The position numbers and the translations under genes are program-made. Positions 1-5,215 of a DNA stretch of 5,215 bases are shown here, in pieces; within the stretch, counting starts at the first letter, position 1, and every line of letters begins with the position of its first letter. Source of the stretch: Paraspadella gotoi (lineage: Eukaryota > Animalia > Chaetognatha); assembly GCA_051294375.1 (NCBI GenBank), contig JBJCIZ010000816.1:1-5215 (forward strand). Reading direction: 5' to 3'. Below the pieces are notes generated by a model. It saw nothing but the letters and a program-made list of their open reading frames with translations, was not told where the DNA came from and did no database searches.

Positions 1-161
1 TTACATTAATTATTTGATCATTTCTCGTAAAAAATAGAAGAGGGAAAATTTTATCAATACTTAGTGCATCTTGTGTTTGGACATTGGGGTCTCGAAAAAT
101 GTAAAGATCTGTGGTCTCATCACCGATGGATTAAAGCTGTATACTTTCACAGCGCCCTCGG

Positions 162-213
162 TGGCTCAGTGGACTAATGCACCCATTCCATGTTGCGTCC
201 CTGGGTTCGAGCC
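162..213 (+). promoter_or_regulatory. Internal type 2 RNA polymerase III promoter (A box 162-172, B box 204-213)
   Basis: Matches to the TRGCNNARYGG and GGTTCGANNC consensus; 43 nt separate the U8-equivalent (162) from the G53-equivalent (205), close to an intronless tRNA. Confidence 0.75.
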
Positions 214-334
214 TCCTGGGGTTGTCATGTTAAGAAAGTGGGATGGGACCGGGTAACGCTGTAGGCATGGGGTCCCTAATGCCAGATCAAAGCTGTGGAC
301 TACATGAAAACATGCTGTCTCGCTGTTGGGGAGG

Positions 335-354
335 CCCCCCCCCCCCCCCCCCCC
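335..354. repeat. C20 homopolymer inside the SINE-like element
   Basis: 20 consecutive C; the exact length may be affected by sequencing error. Confidence 0.95.
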
Positions 355-419
355 ACGAGCCAGGTGACCGCTTGCGGTTGTGGCGCCTGTATTAACACCA
401 GCCCTCTTCAAGAATTCAA

Positions 420-425
420 TTTTTT
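420..425 (+). terminator. Putative Pol III oligo(T) terminator
   Basis: TTTTTT is the first T-run of 4 or more downstream of the A/B boxes and lies near the end of the GC-rich island. Confidence 0.5.
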
Positions 426-1445
426 CCAATCCGGGAGAACGTGTGAGGCGGGGATTGTAATTTGAAATAATGGAAATGTACAAATCGGTATAAAAGGAAA
501 AACCGGATGAACATTTTTTGGGAACGGGTATATTTTACTTCCTCTTTCTTCGGGATCTGTTATAATAAAAAAACAAACATTTTTTTCATATTTCTCAAAT
601 CAAAAATTCACAAAATATGAAGAAGCTGGATGCTACGCGGGCGAAAAGAAACACCTTTTTATTTATTAATCTATAAAAACCCCGAGTTAAAGACACACTC
701 AACTTATTTTGCAACTGGTGTTTTTGAAAGTAGAAAAAAAAAAAAAATTTTTGCCAAGAAGGCTACTTTCTATATTTCTGAAATTTCTTTCCAATTCAAA
801 AAAAGAATAAAAAATGTATTTATTTTTTTGAGTAAACAAAAAAATTAACGAAGGATCTGTTCGTTCCATGTGTTGCGCCGCAGTAACTTTATTTTCACGT
901 GGTTTCTCCCTGTGATCACGGACATGGCATACACGAACAAATAAATTCCATAAAGTCCTTGTAATTTAATGACAATGGCATTGATCGGATTTCGTCTTTT
1001 ATTCTTTTATAGTTTTTAGGATTTTCTTGAAGGCGGCGCTAGCAGTCACTTAGATTTTTGGATTTTCCCTGTCTTAACCAATGAGGCAACACAACTTACA
1101 ATACCAACCAAGTTATATGCATTTTACGTAAGTGGGACGACCGCCGGGGACAGACATTAGCCGAAGACCGACCGAGACAACACGCGTAAAAAAATCGCTC
1201 GGGAGAAAGAATTGTATTGAGTTTTTTTTCCCCAAAAATTCATATTGAACCCGATTGTTGCCAAAAATCTTTTGTATTCTTCTTTTAATAATAAAAAGAA
1301 ATTAATTCTTTAATTTTTTTAAATTTTTTGGGGTTTGCTTTGGTTTCCTACGACGTAGTGTATATTATATAATGAAGTGTTTCTCTTCAGGAATTTAAAA
1401 GTGAAAAACTGTCGTTTGAATTTCAGGGATTTTTTATCTTCGCCT

Positions 1446-1630
1446 GTTTCTGTTCAGTTTTCTTTTTTTTTTTGTTTCTCATTTCGTTTTTCCTTTTGTT
1501 TCGGTCATTTTTCTTTTTTTTTATCTTTGTTTCTCATTTTTGTTTTCCTTTTTTTTCTTTTGTTTTCATTTGTTTCCTTTGTTTTTTCTCGTCTCCCCCT
1601 TTTTTTTTTTATACCCTTTATTATTTCTTG
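1446..1630. repeat. T-rich low-complexity tract
   Basis: Runs of T interrupted by single C or G; explains the Phe-rich ORFs 1377-1631 and 1472-1681. Confidence 0.9.
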
Positions 1631-1747
1631 AAGTGTTTTTTTGAAGGATGCATTTTCAGTGTCTTTTCTTTCATCTATTGATTCTGAAATCTAGCACTAT
1701 CGCTCGCCAACCACGCCAAACTTTTCAATGAAATATCCAAAAGAAAA

Positions 1748-1807
1748 CTCTCTTCTCTCTCTCTCTCTCTCTCTGCTCTATCTCTCTCCTCTCCTCTCTC
1801 TCTCTCT
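1748..1807. repeat. Imperfect (CT)n microsatellite
   Basis: CT dinucleotide repeats with few interruptions. Confidence 0.95.
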
Positions 1808-2116
1808 TTTGTTTCCATTATATTCTTTTTTTAAAGATATTCTAGGCGACTAAAGAGGCAAATATTTAACATATATAATCAATACTTTTCTTTAATAACA
1901 TCCTCACCTTTAAAAGGATTTGTTTCTTACTCTGCTTTCGGTTCTTTTTCCCTCGAAGCTTTTCTTCCAACTCTCTCTATCTGGTTCTCGACCACTCCGT
2001 CTCGGTTTGCTTTCAAACCTCGAAGAGAGAAACTCTGGGATGAGATGAAAAAAATTTTTTTTTTTGGGCCGAAATTTAAAAAAAAGGACAAAAACCAGAA
2101 AAGGTGGTGGAAAGAT

Positions 2117-2182
2117 GAGGAGAGAGAGAGTGAGAGATGGAGTTGAGAAAGAGAGTGAGAGAGGAGAGTGGAGAGAGAGAGA
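2117..2182. repeat. Imperfect (GA)n microsatellite
   Basis: GA repeats interrupted by T or G. Confidence 0.9.
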
Positions 2183-2271
2183 ATATTCTGGTAGAATCCT
2201 TAAAATGTCATTGTGTTGATCTGCCTGTGAACTTATAACGGTTTTCTTTCTTTCAAAAAGCTGGCTCACGT

Positions 2272-2346
2272 TCTCTCTCTCTCTCTCTCTCTTCTCTTCT
2301 TTTCTCCCTTTCCCTTTTCTTTTTAATCTCTCCCTGTCTCTCTCTC
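2272..2346. repeat. (CT)n microsatellite and polypyrimidine tract
   Basis: Pure CT repeat at about 2272-2292, followed by mixed C/T. Confidence 0.9.
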
Positions 2347-2451
2347 AAATTTCTCTTTCTGTTATTTTTTAAATAGTTTTCTTTTAAGGCTTTTATACCT
2401 ATTTTATTTTTTGTTTTGTTGAAATTTAGATCTGATTGTTGTCATTATATG

Positions 2452-2532
2452 TTTTTTCCTTCTCCTGTCTCTTTTCTCTTCCCCTCCCTTCTTCTCCTCT
2501 CTCTCTCTCTTCCCTTTCTCTCTTCTTTTTTC
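2452..2532. repeat. Polypyrimidine / (CT)n tract
   Basis: Almost exclusively C and T over ~80 bp. Confidence 0.9.
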
Positions 2533-2710
2533 GTTTTTTATTTCAAGATTTATTTCTTTCTTTGATTTCTTAAGCATAACGTCAGTATGAGATCTATCAA
2601 CAAGCACAGTTTTTTATTTTTAAATTTTTTGTTTTTGTTTTTAGTCAAATTCTATTTTAACGGGACGTTCATAGTTATTTTGTATTTTCTCTATTTCGGT
2701 CTTTTTTAAT

Positions 2711-2718
2711 CTTTCTCT

Positions 2719-2799
<81 letters not shown>

Positions 2800-2816
2800 C
2801 TCTTTAACTCTCTCTC
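2711..2816. repeat. Long (CT)n microsatellite
   Basis: Near-perfect CT repeat at about 2722-2794 with pyrimidine-rich flanks. Confidence 0.95.
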
Positions 2817-2912
2817 AAAGTTTCTTTCTTCTCCGAAGAACCAAAGATTTGTTTGTGTAAACATATTCTCAGTTTTAACTGAGGGAGACGGCGACACGGG
2901 GAAAAGAGCAAA

Positions 2913-2944
2913 GAGCGAGGAGGAGGAGAGAGGAGAGAGAGAGA
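2913..2944. repeat. (GAG)n/(GA)n purine tract
   Basis: Reads gagcgaggaggaggagagaggagagagagaga. Confidence 0.85.
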
Positions 2945-3862
2945 CTTCTTAATTCAGGATACAGAGATGTGATGAAACGAATCGCGTCCAAAGTCGTCTC
3001 ACCATAAACATCGATTAACTCTTACTTTCGATTGTTTACTTTTGACTATCTCGTTCGCTCTTCCCTCCCCAGATGTCGCTTTCCTCTTTTTTTCTCGTTT
3101 GTTTACCCTTTTTTCGTCTCTCGGCCGTTTGAGCCAGAGGGGGGGACTAGAGACGGGGAGGGGGGGTAAGGAGAGAGTCTAACGAGTTGGTTAATGCGCG
3201 GATGAATTCAGTTTATTTGTTCAGTCAGAATTAATAATAGACTGGAAATCGCCGATCGGATTCGGGTCGTTTTTTTTAAGAGTTCAAACGGAACTGATTA
3301 AGTTTTCTCAAAACTTACTTATTTTTTTATTTCTCGTCAGCAATGGAACGGGTTCGGACGAGTAATTAGACAGTTAATAAAACGTGAAGGGAGAAAATTT
3401 TGATTGGTTTGTGAAAGTTAGCATTTATCATATGTAAATTAACTTGTTTTAGTCCGTCGTGGACGTTTCGCAAGTTTGTAATCTTTCGTGTAAATCCAAT
3501 ATAATGAAATTAGTACAAGAAGCTTTTTCATTTTTGAGGCGAAAAACTATAACTTGGGCCAATAAAGCCTTATTCCGATTAACGCCCCAAGCCTAAAAAA
3601 ATCCATTACACATGAATAAGTTTTTGAACTTTCTCTTTTTTTCACCCACTTCCGGCCCCATTTTTCAAAAGCACCCGATTTCAGCTTTAAGTCAGATATT
3701 AATTTAAAAGTTTGGATTAATGATAAGGATTAAAAATCAGGTTTAGATTTGGTTAAAGTTTTTGGGTTAAATGTTTTAGGAAAAGATTAGTAATAAAACA
3801 GATAAGGGGTTTTCGGAAAATATTGCCCTTCTTCCCTCCCCTATCTGTTTTTACCTTTCGCC

Positions 3863-3984
3863 TCTCCCCACTATTCTCCCCACCCAACGTTACCCCCCAC
3901 CCACGTTCCCCCACAGGTTCCCCCCCACTTCCCCCACGTTTCCCACGCCCCACACCGTTCCCCCCACACGTTTCCCCACCCCAA
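3863..3984. repeat. Degenerate C-rich tandem repeat, unit approximately (CG)TT-C3-7-AC; G-quadruplex-prone on the minus strand
   Basis: 13 runs of 3 or more C in ~120 bp with 1-8 nt spacers; recurring cgttcccccac-like units. Confidence 0.85.
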
Positions 3985-4066
3985 ACACTCGCGACGAAGA
4001 ACCTTGTTATAGGAAATCTAGGTCGGAGTCTCTTTTTACGGAGTCCAGACTTAAAAGCTCTCGAGC

Positions 4067-4113
4067 GAGAGAGAGAGATAAGAGAGAGAAGAGAGAGGAG
4101 AGAGAGAGAGAGA
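4067..4113. repeat. Imperfect (GA)n microsatellite
   Basis: GA dinucleotide repeats. Confidence 0.95.
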
Positions 4114-4229
4114 TATATTAATATATATTTTAGTACGAGTGGCCCGATTCATATTGAGATGAAGTTCTGGAACGAAGGGTGAAAATTATTTAAGCTCGAT
4201 AGATCAAAATGGGGGAGAAGAGATCATGG

Positions 4230-4326
4230 GCGCCGATTGCGTGCCGATTGCGTGGCGATTGCGTGGCGATTGCGTGCCGATTGCGCGCTGATTGTGCCTC
4301 TTAAGCGCCGATAGCGCGGCAATTGC
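4230..4326. repeat. 11-bp minisatellite, consensus GYGSCGATTGC, 6 + 2 units
   Basis: Units start at 4230 gcgccgattgc, 4241 gtgccgattgc, 4252 gtggcgattgc, 4263 gtggcgattgc, 4274 gtgccgattgc and 4285 gcgctgattgt. After a 9-bp gap come 4305 gcgccgatagc and 4316 gcggcaattgc. Confidence 0.95.
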
Positions 4327-4473
4327 TCCCTAATAATATACCGCTTGTGTACTGATCTTGCTTCAATACTGAGCAGTGAGCACTCTGTGTGGCTTGCATA
4401 TCCATCGGAGGTGGGGTGCCTTTTTAGTTTCATTTTAGTTAGATGTCCGTAGTAGATGTTGATTTTGTAAAGC

Positions 4474-4536
4474 ATAATAATAATATATATATATATATAA
4501 TAATATATATAATAATAATAAATAATAAAAAATAAT
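4474..4536. repeat. Compound (AAT)n/(TA)n microsatellite
   Basis: Pure A/T stretch alternating between AAT and TA repeats. Confidence 0.95.
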
Positions 4537-4622
4537 GTTTTTGTACCCTATATTTTATGGTTTAAGCATCCTGATCCGAAATAAAATAAACTTTAAACCA
4601 AAAAAAGCGCGCGATTGACGTT

Positions 4623-4700
4623 AATTTTGCGCCGATTGGCGCTTAAAAAGGCGCGAAAAAGGCGCCTGGAAGCAATGAGACGCTCAGTCGGCGCAAGATT
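4623..4700. repeat. 16-bp imperfect inverted repeat (hairpin)
   Basis: aattttgcgccgattg (4623-4638) pairs with cagtcggcgcaagatt (4685-4700) by 14 Watson-Crick and 2 G-T pairs. Confidence 0.85.
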
Positions 4701-4766
4701 CATTAGCGCCGTTTTACGATAAAAAAATAATTCAGAGCAACGAACCGCAAATCTGGGAGAGGAAGC

Positions 4767-4767
<1 letters not shown>

Positions 4768-4827
<60 letters not shown>
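4768..4827. repeat. Perfect (GAT)20 microsatellite
   Basis: 20 exact GAT units, followed by a degenerate GAT/GAC/GAA-rich tract to about 5050. Confidence 0.98.
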
Positions 4828-4830
<3 letters not shown>

Positions 4831-5170
4831 AAAGACGAATTTGATGACAGAAACGATGAAAATTAACGTTGATGATGACAATGCAGAAAAGAGCGAAGAC
4901 AATGACGAGAATTTGGACGATGATGACAATGACGAAGATTACGTTTATGCAAACGAGGATGACAAGCTAGATGACGATGACATGACATGACATGACAAGA
5001 CATCCTTGACGTCACCTAGAACGATGACGACGGAAAATGAGAAAATGAGAAGCAGCTGAGGTGAGACACGAGAATCGAGGTAAAGAGAAAGAAGAACGAG
5101 ACGGACGCGTGGATTGGGAAAGAAAGGGCAATCTGACAATTTAGAGACAAGGAATTGAAAAGTGAAGATT

Positions 5171-5215
5171 GGAAAAGAAAAGGAGGGAAGAAAGAAAGAA
5201 GGAAAGAAAGAAAGA
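5171..5215. repeat. Purine tract / (GAAA)n, running off the window end
   Basis: Only G and A, with recurring GAAA units. Confidence 0.9.

Larger units (their letters stand above)
155..425 (+). mobile_element. tRNA-derived SINE-like element or Pol III-transcribed structured RNA
   Basis: A box TGGCTCAGTGG (162-172) and B box GGTTCGAGCC (204-213) lie at tRNA-like spacing. An acceptor-like pairing CCCTCGG (155-161) / CCTGGGG (215-221) gives 6 of 7 pairs, while the D, anticodon and T stems are degenerate. A ~200 nt non-tRNA body follows, and the first run of 4 or more T after the A box is T6 at 420-425. GC is ~58% against AT-rich flanks. No target-site duplication was seen and copy number is unknown. 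Confidence 0.7.
4229..4710. mobile_element. Possible non-autonomous inverted-repeat DNA element (MITE/foldback-like)
   Basis: Left block 4294-4324 (gtgcctcttaagcgccgatagcgcggcaatt) aligns imperfectly with the reverse complement of 4622-4654 (gcgcctttttaagcgccaatcggcgcaaaatta). Further degenerate inverted units run out to 4710, and both ends read GGCGC inward. No TSD or transposase was seen. Confidence 0.4.

Noticed and set aside
155-222. Functional tRNA gene
   Set aside because: The D stem has only 2 of 4 pairs, the T stem 3 of 5, and the anticodon loop is non-canonical. The sequence also runs ~200 nt further before a terminator.
236-300. Twister ribozyme (CCGGTCCCA on the minus strand; TAACGCTG...GGTCCC on the plus strand)
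   Set aside because: Neither strand completes the P4 stem or supplies the downstream AGGG needed for the pseudoknot and P1.
71-483. ORFs 71-256 (+) and 166-483 (-) as proteins
   Set aside because: They overlap the GC-rich Pol III element, where stop codons are rare; the poly-Gly comes from the C20 run and no domain is recognisable.
1290-1375. Short palindromes (aaagaaattaattcttt, ctacgacgtag, attatataat)
   Set aside because: Short and mostly A/T-only; expected by chance at this base composition.
2004-2019. Histone 3' stem-loop-like hairpin GGTTTG-CTTT-CAAACC
   Set aside because: The top pair is G-C rather than the conserved U-A, the flanks are not AC-rich, and no histone CDS lies upstream.
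630-2607. ORFs 630-848, 1377-1631, 1472-1681, 1910-2269 and 2404-2607
   Set aside because: They are dominated by Phe, Lys, Ser-Leu or Arg-Glu runs translated from homopolymers and CT/GA microsatellites, and most have non-ATG starts.
3290-3340. Hammerhead ribozyme core CTGACGA on the minus strand (3340-3334)
   Set aside because: No convincing stem II followed by GAAA, and no stem I/III arrangement with an NUH site.
3753-4182. Pro-rich (3823-4182) and Gly-rich (3753-3953) ORFs
   Set aside because: They are opposite-strand translations of the C-run array; the plus-strand ORF starts at TTG and also runs through the GA microsatellite.
4230-4326. CRISPR array
   Set aside because: The units are 11 bp and contiguous with no unique spacers, there are no cas genes, and the context looks eukaryotic.
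4315-4475. Transposase remnant inside the inverted-repeat element (plus frame ...DLASILSSE...SEVGCLFS; minus ORF 4224-4475)
   Set aside because: Only a faint likeness to the hAT dimerisation motif, lacking the conserved ER residues and with wrong spacing; not supportable without a profile search.
4732-5139. Poly-Met, poly-Ile and Ser/Leu-rich ORFs (4769-4990, 4732-4929, 4945-5139) as given
   Set aside because: They are alternative-frame or antisense readings of the GAT repeat tract.

Overview
AT-rich, microsatellite-dense DNA that looks eukaryotic and mostly non-coding. I can support no protein-coding gene, and nearly all ORFs in the track are translations of simple repeats. The best-supported element is a ~270 bp GC-rich island (about 58% GC by hand count, 155-425). 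It has a tRNA-like head with RNA polymerase III A and B boxes, a body rich in hairpins and a T6 terminator, so it is most likely a tRNA-derived SINE or a Pol III ncRNA. A second element (~4229-4710) has an array of 11-bp GYGSCGATTGC units on the left, degenerate and partly inverted copies on the right, and an internal AT microsatellite, which resembles a non-autonomous foldback/MITE-type DNA element. Also present are a C-rich degenerate repeat with G-quadruplex potential (3863-3984), many (CT/GA)n tracts of which several are bounded by GT...AG, and a (GAT)20 repeat leading into a frameshifted acidic tract. No CRISPR array, rRNA, intact tRNA or transposase is visible. I cannot claim a new biological system from sequence alone; the Pol III unit and the inverted-repeat element are the best leads.
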